Assembly: GCA_041559015.1 (NCBI GenBank)
Contig: JBFFED010000001.1
Location: forward strand, 79,241 to 143,240
Length of the DNA: 64,000 nt
From: Thermoplasmata archaeon
GTDB lineage: Archaea; Thermoplasmatota; Thermoplasmata; UBA10834
Reading direction: 5' to 3'
In this document: positions 29,594 to 43,871 of the stretch, in pieces
How positions within the stretch are numbered: the first letter of the stretch is position 1
Layout of the letters: each line of letters starts with the position of its first letter
Position numbers and translations under genes: made by a program
The notes under the pieces: generated by a model
The model's database searches: none
What the model was told of the DNA's origin: nothing
The model's input: only the letters and a program-made list of their open reading frames with translations

Positions 29594-30679
29594 ATGCCAG
29601 AGATACGCCGGCTGCCCCGGCGTTCCGCTTACACGCGGAGGCTCCCGAAGGGGTGCGTCCTGTGCGAGAAGGGGGCGAAGCTTGTCCTGTTAGTCACGGG
29701 CAGGTGCGGGCAGAGATGCCGCTACTGCCCGTTGTCCTCCGAGAAGCGGGGGAAGGACGTGTTCTTCGCCAACGAACGAAGGGTTTCAGACATCGCCGAA
29801 GTCCTGGACGAGGCCTGCCTGATGGACGCGCTTGGGACGGGAATCACCGGAGGGGACCCGCTTGTCGCCTTGGACAGGACCGTCGAATCAATAAACGGCC
29901 TGAAGATGCGCTTCGGGACAGGGCATCACATCCATCTTTACACCTCGACAGCCAGGCCTGACAGAATCCGCAAGGTTGCCAGGGCCGGACTGGACGAGAT
30001 ACGGTTCCATCCTCCGCTCGAGAGGTGGACGGCCCTCGAGGCCTCGGAGTACAAGGACGCTCTCAAGCTGTCGAAGCGGCTCGGAATGGCCGTCGGGATG
30101 GAGATACCAGTCATCCCTGGCAGAGAGGCCGGCCTTGTCGCTGCGGTGGCCTTCGCCGACAGAATGGAGCTCGACTTCGTGAACCTCAATGAGCTGGAGT
30201 TCTCTGAGACCAACTGGCGCTCCCTGCGGGCGCTCGGGCTCGACGTGAGAAAGGACGATGACATATCTTCCGGGGTCGAAGGGAGCGAACCCCTAGCCAG
30301 GGACCTTCTGAAGCTCGAGACGGACATCTCACTTCACTATTGCTCGGCGGCCTTCAAGGACGGCGTGCAGCTCAGACGGAGGATCATGCGCCGCGCGAAG
30401 AACGTCCGAAGGCCCCACGAGGTGCTGACAAAGGACGGCACCCTCGTCAAAGGGGTGATCGAAACCGATCTGGTGGCGGCGACAGCCGCATACATCATCA
30501 AGAGGTTCGGGGTGCCCGGCAGCCTCCTCTGGGGGGACGGCCGCAAGAAGAGGCTGGAGGTCGCCCCGTGGGTGCTCGAAGAGATAGCGGAGGAGATGGA
30601 CCTGCCCAGCTACATCGTGGAGGAGTATCCGACAGCGGACAGGCTCGAGGTCGAGAGGGAGCCGCTCAGGCGACGCTGA
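29594..30679 (+). CDS. Radical SAM protein (archaeal COG2108-like)
   Basis: LPKGCVLC, CGQRCRYC, GITGGDP, LDEIRFHP, NLNELEFSETN. Confidence 0.88.
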   Translation: MPEIRRLPRRSAYTRRLPKGCVLCEKGAKLVLLVTGRCGQRCRYCPLSSEKRGKDVFFANERRVSDIAEVLDEACLMDALGTGITGGDPLVALDRTVESINGLKMRFGTGHHIHLYTSTARPDRIRKVARAGLDEIRFHPPLERWTALEASEYKDALKLSKRLGMAVGMEIPVIPGREAGLVAAVAFADRMELDFVNLNELEFSETNWRSLRALGLDVRKDDDISSGVEGSEPLARDLLKLETDISLHYCSAAFKDGVQLRRRIMRRAKNVRRPHEVLTKDGTLVKGVIETDLVAATAAYIIKRFGVPGSLLWGDGRKKRLEVAPWVLEEIAEEMDLPSYIVEEYPTADRLEVEREPLRRR

Positions 30680-31091
30680 TGCTCTGGACGTTGTGGTGCC
30701 TGTTGACGACCTCTCGGGCTATCCTCAGGTTCTTGCCGTTCTTACCGATGGCCTTCCCCTTCATCTTCGGGTCGACGGTCACGGTGGCGTGTATGATGTT
30801 GCCCCTGTCCTCGATCGTGACGCTCTTGACGGAGTAGGTGTGAAAGACGTTCTTGATGAACGTCTCAGGGTCCTCAGAGTACTCTATCACGTGAATGTTC
30901 TTCCCAGTGAGGTCGTGGAGCCTTATGACATTCTCGCCCTTCTTCCCGACCGCCCTGCTCCCCTGACCCTTCTCTACCACGAACACGAGCTTCTCCTCTG
31001 TCTCGAGGCAATCCTTGACCTGCGTGGCCGTGATCTTCTCGAAGAGCGATATGTACCTCAGAGTGTCCCCGGTGAACGTGATGTCTGCCAT
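30666..31091 (-). CDS. nusA: Archaeal NusA-like transcription factor
   Basis: Two KH motifs (AVGKKGEN, AIGKNGKN); conserved position after rpl30e; start MADITF. Confidence 0.93.
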   Translation of the reverse strand: MADITFTGDTLRYISLFEKITATQVKDCLETEEKLVFVVEKGQGSRAVGKKGENVIRLHDLTGKNIHVIEYSEDPETFIKNVFHTYSVKSVTIEDRGNIIHATVTVDPKMKGKAIGKNGKNLRIAREVVNRHHNVQSISVA

Positions 31092-31105
31092 GATGTTTCC
31101 ACTCG

Positions 31106-35622
<4,517 letters not shown>

Positions 35623-35626
<4 letters not shown>

Positions 35627-38600
35627 TTCAAGTCCTCCAGCTGAAGGCGCATGGCGACCCCAAGCGAGAGCAGCTCGTCTAGGAGCAGCTTGAATGCGTA
35701 CGAGGTTTGCACCTGGTATATCTTCGAGTTGTTGCCGCAGACGGGGCACCTAAGCGTGCCGCGCCTGTCGAGGATCGCGATGTGGCCGCAGTTCGGGTTG
35801 CCGCATACGTACTGGAGCGTGCCGTCAGACTCGTCCAGGAGCCTGTCCTTGATGACCATGGCGGCGCCGTGGCCTATGAGGCAGTCCCTCTCCATCTCCC
35901 CGAACCTCAGGCCGCCCTGTCTCGACCTTCCCTCGGTCGGCTGCCTGGTGAGTATCTGGACCGGGCCCCTGCTCCTGACATGAAGCTTGCCCGAGACCAT
36001 GTGGTGGAGCTTCTGGTAGTAGATGACGCCCACGAACACCTCGGCCTCAATCATCCGCCCGGTGACCCCGTCGTACATGATCTCCTTGCCGTTGTGCTTG
36101 AAGCCGTTCCTGACGAGGGCGTCCCTGAGGGCCTCCTCCCTCTCGCCGCTGAAGGGCGTGCCGTCTATGAGCCTGCCCTCCATCGAGCCGACCTTGCCAC
36201 CAATCATCTCGAGCACATGCGCGACGGTCATACGCGACGGGATGGCGTGCGGATTGATTAGCAGGTCCGGCACGAGCCCGTCCTCGGTGAACGGCATGTC
36301 CTCCTGCGGGACCAGGAGCCCGACAACCCCCTTCTGGCCGTGCCTGGAGGCGAACTTGTCACCCAGCTCCGGGACCCTCTCGTCCCTGACCTTGACCTTG
36401 ACGAGCCTCGAGCCGTTCTCAGACTCGGTGAGCATTACGTTGTCGACATAGCCCATTTCGCCCGGCCTCACGGTGACCGAGGTCTCCCTGCGCTTCTGGG
36501 GCGTCAGGAAGTCCGCCTCTTCCTCCAGGAACCTCGGAGGCGATGTCTTGCCTATCAGGACGTCGCCGCCCTGGACAGCCGTTTCCGGGCTGATGAGACC
36601 GTCCTCGCCCAGGTTACTGTACGACAGGTCGGCTCTCGCCCCCCTGACGTCCGGGCTCGGTATCTCGAAGTGGTCCTCCTGCCCGCCAGGGTATCTGCGC
36701 TCCTCCGCCCTGTAGGTCCTCATGAAGGTCGACCTCCCGAGGGCCCTCTCGACGGAGGATTTGTTCATCACCACTGCGTCCTCCATGTTGTAGCCGTGGT
36801 ACGACAGGATGCCCACTACGAAGTTCTGCCCCGCGGGCCTCTTGTTGAACTCCACGAAGTCCATTGGCTTCGTCGTCGTCAGGGGCTTCTGCGGATAGTG
36901 CAGTATGTGGCTCCTCGTGTCAGGCCTTATCCTGTAGTTGGACGAGCTGAGCCCTAGCGACTGCTTCGCCATGCCCGAGCCCATCGTGACCCTAGGGCTC
37001 GAGTTGTGCTCCGGATACGGCACGAGCGCCGAGCATACCCCGAGTATGACCATCGGGTCGACCTCGAGATGCGTGTGCAGGTCCGTCAGCATCGACTCGA
37101 CGTGCATGGTCCCGCCGCAGTGCTTGCACTCCAGGAGGACCTTGCCATCGTCTCCCGGGTTGCGCCACTCGACGTCGATCTCGGAGAGGAACTTCTCGCA
37201 GTGCTCACAATTCTGAGGTGTCTTGTAGGCGAACACGGCGATGTATGTGTCCTCCTCCTCCTCGGCGTCGATCCACTCCACCACGCCCTCCCTGATGAGG
37301 TCTGACCAGCGGAGCTTCTTGGAGCGCATCTCCTCGACGTGCCTCCTGGTCATCATCGTCTTGCCGTGCCTGACGACGAGCAGCGGCCTCCTGAGCCTGC
37401 CCTCGTCGCAGTTGATTATTATCTCGTTCATGTTGTCGTCGAAGCGGACGTTGACCTCCGAGGACAGCAGCCCTGAGCGCCTCCTCTGGCGGACCTCCTC
37501 GACCAGCTCCTTCGGCTTGTCATGGAGCCCTATCAGGTCGCCGTTGACGTACACCCTCGTCTCGGTGGTGTACTGCTCCCCGACATCCTTGACCCCGAGA
37601 TCCTTCAGCAACCAGATGACCTCTTTGTCGTCGTAGCCCTCTGATATGTCTATGATGAGCGCGCAGTTCTTGACCAGCCCGCAGTTCTGACCCTCGGGGG
37701 TCTCGTTGGGGCAGAGCCTGCCCCACTGTGTCGGGTGCAGGTCTCTCGCCTCGAAGTGCGGTTGGCTCCTGGTCAGAGGGGATGTGACCCTCCTCAGGTG
37801 CGACAGGGCGCTCATGTTGGAGGTCCTGTCCAGCAGCTGGGACACGCCCGCCCTTCCGCCGACCCAGTTGCCCGTTGCGAACGCGTGGAGCAGCCTGTGC
37901 GTGAGCAGGTCTGGCCTTATGGCCGACGATATCTTCAGCCCCTTCTTCCTGGTGTACCCTCTCTCTAGCTGGTACTTCAGGTCCTTGATCAGGTTCGTGA
38001 AGGCGACCCTGAAGAGATCCTCCATGAGGTCGCCCGCGAGCTTCAGCCTCTTGTTGGCGTAGTGGTCCTTGTCATCCTCCTTCCTATGGCCGAGCTCCAG
38101 CTCGAGGATGGTCCTCGCCATCCTGCCCAGGAAGATGGACTTCTTGAGCCGCGCATCCGCGGTGTCGCCGAGGTGCGGCAACAGCGAGCGGTCGATGATG
38201 CTCTCGACCTTCTTCGCCCTGTACTCCTTGGCCTGCCCGGTTGCGAACTTCCTCTCGAGGAACAGTATGGCGTCCTCGGTCGTGTAGATGCCGTTCGGGG
38301 GGTACAGTTTCTTGTTCTGGCACTCCTCGATGTTGGCGTACACGATGTTGGCCATCTGCGGGTCCGAGACGATTGCCTTGAAGATGGCCTCGTCGCTCTC
38401 CATCCCGAGGGCCTTCATCAGGACCACGAGCGGTATCTGGCCGGAGGCCGCTGGGACGGACACTACGAGCATCCCGTCCTTCTTCTTCTCCATGAGAGTA
38501 AGTGCGCGGTAACCCTCCTTCTGCGAGAACACCTTGGCAACGTGCAGGCTGGTGCCGTAGCGCTCGTTGAGCTCGACCATGACCCTGTTTGGCGCGAGGT

Positions 38601-39213
38601 CCTCGAGCGATATCAGCGCCCTCTCGGTCCCGCCTATGATGAAGTACCCGCCGGCGTCGCACAGGTCCTCGCCCTGCTTCACCAGGAACCGTCTCAACTC
38701 CTCCTCGTTGGGTTCTCGGTCCGTCTCGATGTTGTCCTTGTGCAGGTTGCACTTCTTGGACTTGATCATCACTGGCAGGTCTCCGATGTGGACCTTCTCG
38801 GGCTCCCTCTCGATGCCGTCCTCGACGACCGTGAACTCCAGGTATATCGGCGCTGAGTAGTTCAGGTTCCTGAGGCGGGCCTCCATCGGGTAGAGGTCGT
38901 GCGTGGCGCCGTTGGCCTCCTTGATGACCGGCCTGCCAACCGATATCGACGGCCTGGCGTTGGTGTCGATCTGGCCCGTCTTCGGGTCGCGCCTCCGGCC
39001 GATGTAAATCTCGATAATCTTGCCCTCTGTCCTGTCCGGGTCCAGCCTGATGATGCCCCTCTCGGCCTCGTCGGGAGACGCACGGACGTTGTCCACTATC
39101 TTCTGCATCCTGCTGTTCGGATGGTCTATCGTGGGGAGGAAATCGTTGTATGACGCGATGTGGTGGTTGACGATGCTCCGCTCCCCGAAATAGGTTTCAA
39201 CAAGTTCTCTCAC
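35623..39213 (-). CDS. rpoB: RNA polymerase subunit B (unsplit)
   Basis: [32 protein letters not shown]. Confidence 0.98.
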
Positions 39214-39217
39214 AAGT

Positions 39218-39475
39218 CTACCCCCTTACGACAAGACGATAGCAGACGCTGACACCGCTTGTCTCGCTCCGCCTGACGACCTTCACAACCATTCCCTCTT
39301 CGACCGGGCCTGCGATCGCGTCCAGTGCGCGGATCGCTGGATCACTCAGTCTCATCTTCGGAAGCTGATCCTTGGTGAGCTTGAGCCCACCCAGTATCTT
39401 CTCGGAGTCCTTCTCCGACAGGAGATGATGCTCAGGGACGAGCTCATGCTCCAACACGTTGAATTCTTCGACCAT
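39218..39475 (-). CDS. rpoH: RNA polymerase subunit H
   Basis: HELVPEH, QLPKM..SDP, RRSETSG..YRLV. Confidence 0.96.
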   Translation of the reverse strand: MVEEFNVLEHELVPEHHLLSEKDSEKILGGLKLTKDQLPKMRLSDPAIRALDAIAGPVEEGMVVKVVRRSETSGVSVCYRLVVRG

Positions 39476-39559
39476 TTGGATTCACCCCGCAGTCTGAAGG
39501 CTGGTCACGGTGCGCATCTTCCCTCGTTTCTCCCCGCACTTGCAGATGGGTCCGACCGC

Positions 39560-39706
39560 TGGCGGGCCCGCGGGGATTTCCGAGACTAGTCTGTTAGGCA
39601 TAGTCATTCGAACCCCGGGCCACCTGCTTAAAAGGCAGATGCTCTTTCTAGGGAGTCTGCGATTTCGAAAATGCATCATACTCCTACCTAGCTGAGCTAC
39701 GGGCCC
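39560..39706 (-). tRNA. tRNA-Lys(TTT) with two non-canonical introns (39646-39685 at position 20/21; 39577-39606 at position 59/60); CCA encoded
   Basis: Removing 40 and 30 nt gives GGGCCCGTAGCTCAGCTAGGTAGAGCATCTGCCTTTTAAGCAGGTGGCCCGGGGTTCGAATCCCCGCGGGCCCGCCA, a 77-nt cloverleaf; BHB-like pairing at both junctions. Confidence 0.92.
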
Positions 39707-39954
39707 TGGGCGGTGCGGATACCCTAGGCTGCGTTAGCAGGGCGTGTAGTCGCTTCAGGTATATAACACTTGTCCGGATTTCAACCTTCTTGTCGGTCAG
39801 ATGCGATTATCGTATTTATTTCACTGCGATTATCATTTAATCAGTATCATAAAATCGTCTTTCTCAGCAACAGTTTTAATCCTTCCCATGGCGCACCATC
39901 GGCTCGATGGGCGCATTCGTGTAATGCATATCGTCTTCAGACGATATGCGGCGG

Positions 39955-40446
39955 TCAACGTTTCATTGCCGAGACGAACACGCCCACATGCTCCTTGGTC
40001 TGCTCGATCCACCCGTCCGCCAACGGACCCTTTGTATCCTTCACGGCAACGTGAAGGACCCTGTCCACCACGTTCAGGCCTCTTGCCCTTGCGAGATCCC
40101 TTAGTCTCGGCCCGCCGCTGTAGACCCATTTCTGCACGCTCGCCTTCTCCTTCTCGTCTGCGGGCTCAGACTGCGGTGGGGCGACCGTCACGAATATCGC
40201 AATCGGCTTATTCCTCCAAGACTCGTGGTCGATCTTCTTCACGAACCGTCTGGCCTTTCTCGAGGCCTTGGCGAATCTGATTGGGGAGCCGATGAACATG
40301 AAATCCCCATTCGGCGGTGACTTGTGCTTCTCCCGGAGGCTCCTCAGCTCTGCGTCGTGGCCATCGGCCGTGATTTGACCCGCTATCGCCTCGGCGACCT
40401 TCTTCGTGTTGCCGTAGTATGTGTCGTAGATGACTACTCCCTTCAT
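39955..40446 (-). CDS. Flavodoxin-domain protein
   Basis: IYDTYYGNTKKVAEAIA, FIGSP. Confidence 0.85.
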   Translation of the reverse strand: MKGVVIYDTYYGNTKKVAEAIAGQITADGHDAELRSLREKHKSPPNGDFMFIGSPIRFAKASRKARRFVKKIDHESWRNKPIAIFVTVAPPQSEPADEKEKASVQKWVYSGGPRLRDLARARGLNVVDRVLHVAVKDTKGPLADGWIEQTKEHVGVFVSAMKR

Positions 40447-40582
40447 GATGCTCGATCCTCCCTCCGTCGGTCGCTAATCGCTCGTACCTCGAAAGTAGTT
40501 TGCGCCACCCGCGGTCCCTCTTCTCTTTACTGCTACTATTATATACGGATAGTCATTACCTCAGAGCCGAGGTCGAAGTCAC

Positions 40583-40756
40583 TTGATCGCAAGCCAGGAG
40601 AAGATATGCACCTCATGCGGAGTGCGTCTTGTCGGTAGGACGGAGACCACTTTCCCCTGCCCCAGCTGCGGGCAGGCGCAGATCGGCAGGTGCATGAACT
40701 GCAGGGACCAGAGCGTGAAATACAGGTGCCCTGCGTGCGGTTTCGTCGGGCCTTGA
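40583..40756 (+). CDS. Small double Zn-finger protein (DUF1610/HVO_2753-like), 57 aa; not in the ORF track
   Basis: TTG start; CTSCG..FPCPSCG..IGRCMNCR..YRCPACGFVGP; usual position upstream of EF-1beta. Confidence 0.9.
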   Translation: MIASQEKICTSCGVRLVGRTETTFPCPSCGQAQIGRCMNCRDQSVKYRCPACGFVGP

Positions 40757-40766
40757 GGTGTTTTCC

Positions 40767-41033
40767 GTGGGAGAGGTAGGTCTTCAGTACAGGGTGCTAC
40801 CAGAGGGTGTCGAGGTCGACCTCGAGGACCTGAAGAAGAAGATACAGGGTGCCTTGCCCGCAGGGGCCGCGCTGCGCGCGTCCGAGACGAAGCCGCTCGC
40901 GTTCGGGCTGCAGGCACTGCACGTACTAGTTGTGCTCGATGACAAAAAGGGCGGGGCGGAACAGGTAGAGGCAGCGATAGGCGCAGTACCCGGTGTCCAG
41001 AGCGTCGAGATAGTCCAGATGGGGCTCCTCTAG
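40767..41033 (+). CDS. ef1b: Translation elongation factor 1-beta
   Basis: VLPEGVEVDL, PLAFGL, GVQSVEI; GTG start after GAGGTG. Confidence 0.93.
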   Translation: MGEVGLQYRVLPEGVEVDLEDLKKKIQGALPAGAALRASETKPLAFGLQALHVLVVLDDKKGGAEQVEAAIGAVPGVQSVEIVQMGLL

Positions 41034-41137
41034 AACACGGTCGCGGACTCCGTCGTCCCACTACCAGTCATTCAGACCTTGAGAGAATCGTAAGAAGGAA
41101 AAGGGTTTCACGACCGTTCGGTCGGTCTGTCGAGGCT

Positions 41138-42577
41138 CTACGCTTTCGGCCGGGGCCTGATGAACTTCGTCTTCATCAGCATCTTCGTCTGGTTCCTCGC
41201 CCGTTTGATGTGATACGCAGCAGTGTCGTAGAGTTCCTGTTTGCTGGCCTTCTTGCGGGCGACGCCTTCGTTGATGGCCGCAATGCCCACTGCGGCTGCC
41301 TCTCTGGGGAAGACATCCCACTCGTCCATCGTCGGGACGATATAGGTCTCCGAGAGCCCGTTGTCCTCGGCCGTCTTCGCAAGCTCCATGACGGCCGCAA
41401 GGCACATCGTGTCGCTGATGGTCTTCGCCTTCACGTCGAGCGTGCCCCTGAATATCCCCGGGAACCCGAGCGAATTGTTGACCTGGTTCGGGAAGTCGGA
41501 CCTGCCAGTGGCGACGACCTTCGCGCCAGCCTCTAGCGCCTCCCAGGGCCATATCTCGGGAATCGGGTTGGCCGTGGCGAACACGATGGCGTCGTCCGCC
41601 ATCCCCTTGATCCACTCAGGCTTCAGGGTCCCTGGGCCGGGCTTCGATGCGGCGACGACTATGTCCGCGCCCTTCATGGCGTCGGCCACTGTCCCCACTA
41701 CCTGCTCCTTGTTGGAGTGCTCGCACATCCAGAGCTTCTCCTTGTACTCGTTCCTGACCTCGTCGCACCTTCCAAGGTGCAGCGTGCCCTTCGAGTCGCA
41801 CATGACCATGTTCTCGAACTTGTAGCCCGAAAGGGCCATGATTCTTGATATCGCGATGTTCGCCGCGCCAGCGCCGACGCATGCGACCTTCATCTCCGCA
41901 GGCTTCTTGCCGACGACCTTGGCGGCGTTGACGGCGCCAGCTGCGACGATTGTTCCGGTGCCCTGCTGGTCATCGTGCCAGACTGGTATCTCGCACTCCT
42001 TCCTCAGGCGGTCGAGCACGTAGAAGCACTTCGGCTGCGAGATGTCCTCCAGGTTGACGCCTCCAAGAGACGGTTGGAGTATCTTGACGGTCTCGATGAT
42101 CTTGTCCGGGTCCTTGGTGCCGAGACAGAGTGGGAAGGCGTCCACGCCTCCCAGGTACTTGAACAGGAGTGACTTGCCCTCCATGACTGGCATCCCGGCC
42201 TCGGGCCCGATATCCCCCAGGCCCAGCACCCTCGTCCCATCGGATATCACACCGACTGTGTTCCACCTGTTCGTGTGGATGTAGCTGAGCTCCTTGTCCT
42301 TGTTGATCGCCTTGCACGGCTCCGCGACGCCAGGAGTGTACCATATCGCGAAGGCGCTGAAGTCCCACACCGCGCACTTGGGGACTACCTCGATCTTCCC
42401 CTCGTAGAACGGGTGATATATCATCGCGAGCCTAGCGGGCTCGTACGCCTTCTTCAGGAGCTGGTCGACGGACACCTTCGCCATCGGCTTCGCGGCCTTC
42501 TTCGCCTTCTTTGCCGGAGCACTCCTCACGGCCTTCTTCGCGGCCTTCTTCTTGGCCGGCTTGGACTTCCTTGCCAT
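41138..42577 (-). CDS. NAD(P)-dependent malic enzyme
   Basis: YTPGVA, DGTRVLGLGDIG, NLEDI, HDDQQGT, GAGAA, ANPIPEI, TGRSDFPNQVNN. Confidence 0.95.
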   Translation of the reverse strand: MARKSKPAKKKAAKKAVRSAPAKKAKKAAKPMAKVSVDQLLKKAYEPARLAMIYHPFYEGKIEVVPKCAVWDFSAFAIWYTPGVAEPCKAINKDKELSYIHTNRWNTVGVISDGTRVLGLGDIGPEAGMPVMEGKSLLFKYLGGVDAFPLCLGTKDPDKIIETVKILQPSLGGVNLEDISQPKCFYVLDRLRKECEIPVWHDDQQGTGTIVAAGAVNAAKVVGKKPAEMKVACVGAGAANIAISRIMALSGYKFENMVMCDSKGTLHLGRCDEVRNEYKEKLWMCEHSNKEQVVGTVADAMKGADIVVAASKPGPGTLKPEWIKGMADDAIVFATANPIPEIWPWEALEAGAKVVATGRSDFPNQVNNSLGFPGIFRGTLDVKAKTISDTMCLAAVMELAKTAEDNGLSETYIVPTMDEWDVFPREAAAVGIAAINEGVARKKASKQELYDTAAYHIKRARNQTKMLMKTKFIRPRPKA

Positions 42578-42873
42578 TCGAATCTACCCCTTCATTTGAA
42601 CTCTTTTCGAAAGTCGTCAGTGCGATTTAGCGTTTCGAACAACTTGGGCCTTTCCATGTCGCTCGAACTGCAACCCACAGGAATGATTTCGGCAATTAAT
42701 AGATTGCCTTGTTACAGACTGTCCCCGGCCGGTCCTCCATGGCTCCGGGAGGGATGTCTGGATGCGGCTAGCGGGGCATACTGCAGGCGACGGTATCAGT
42801 CTATTGCCGCTGACAAATCGGCCCCCTTGGAACATTGGTAATAGGGGATGTCCATTACGTGGCAGGTTGGAGC

Positions 42874-43824
42874 ATGTCGGTCAAGGTGTCCAAGAAGGGG
42901 ATTCGGATTGGAGAGCGCGCTGACGGCAGTGCGTATGTACTCAATGTGTTGCAGTACAAGGGCTCGGCCGGCCCATCCGTGTTCATAGGCGCAGGTGTAC
43001 ACGGTGACGAGCTCACGGGGATGGCCTCCATCTGGCGGCTGATCGATTACCTGAACGGGAAGGCCGTGCGCGGGACGATCACAATCATCCCGTCCATGAA
43101 CCCTGACGGATTGAACTACAACATCAGGGGGATGCCCGAGGCGGGAGTGGACCTGAACAGGCTGTACCCGGGGAAATCGACTGGATACATGGCGGAGAGG
43201 ATAACAGCGAAGATCTGGGAGATCGCCCGGAAGCACGATGTCATCATCGACCTGCACACGATCGGGAGGGGCATTGCCTTCGTGCTGCTCGACCCGGTGA
43301 CCGGCGACCTCAAGACGAGGAACGACGAGCTGGCGGAGGCGACCGGGATAACCGTGCTTGACGAGTTCGGAGCCGAGGACTACGCCCAGCAGAACCTGGG
43401 CGCGAGCTTGGGAGGGGTGGCGTCGACTCACGGGATCCCCTCGCTCACAATAGAGCTCGGCGGGTCGAAGGACATCGATTGGGGCACTGTCGAGGCGGGC
43501 TATCTGGCGGTCAGGAATGTGCTCGTGCAGGTTGGCTCCATTAAGGGTACGCGTACGCCGGTCAAGTCGAGCACGGTCATCCATGAGAAGGGCTACCGCA
43601 GGGAGGACGTGTGGTCGGAGAAGGGCGGCCTCCTGGAGTACATGGTGAAGCTGGGGCAGAAGGTCAAGGCGGGGCAGGTCGTGGCGAAGGTGAGAAGCCC
43701 ATTCGGCGAGGTCGTCGAGGAGATTAAGATGCCGCAGGATGGTTACGTGATAGCCCTGAACTCCTTCGAGAACGCTTACACGGGCAGCCCCATCGCAACG
43801 ATCGCGATCAAGGTGAAGCAGTAG
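42874..43824 (+). CDS. Succinylglutamate desuccinylase/aspartoacylase (M14) family hydrolase
   Basis: GVHGDE, NPDG, DLNRLYPG, IDLH, TIELG, C-terminal biotinyl-like domain. Confidence 0.88.
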   Translation: MSVKVSKKGIRIGERADGSAYVLNVLQYKGSAGPSVFIGAGVHGDELTGMASIWRLIDYLNGKAVRGTITIIPSMNPDGLNYNIRGMPEAGVDLNRLYPGKSTGYMAERITAKIWEIARKHDVIIDLHTIGRGIAFVLLDPVTGDLKTRNDELAEATGITVLDEFGAEDYAQQNLGASLGGVASTHGIPSLTIELGGSKDIDWGTVEAGYLAVRNVLVQVGSIKGTRTPVKSSTVIHEKGYRREDVWSEKGGLLEYMVKLGQKVKAGQVVAKVRSPFGEVVEEIKMPQDGYVIALNSFENAYTGSPIATIAIKVKQ

Positions 43825-43871
43825 CCAGCAGGGTCACACATATTATCATTGGAAAGCGCTTCTCGCATCGG

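Noticed and set aside
39646-39685. C/D-box sRNA inside tRNA intron 1
   Set aside because: ATGATGC resembles a C box but there is no CTGA D box and the intron is too short
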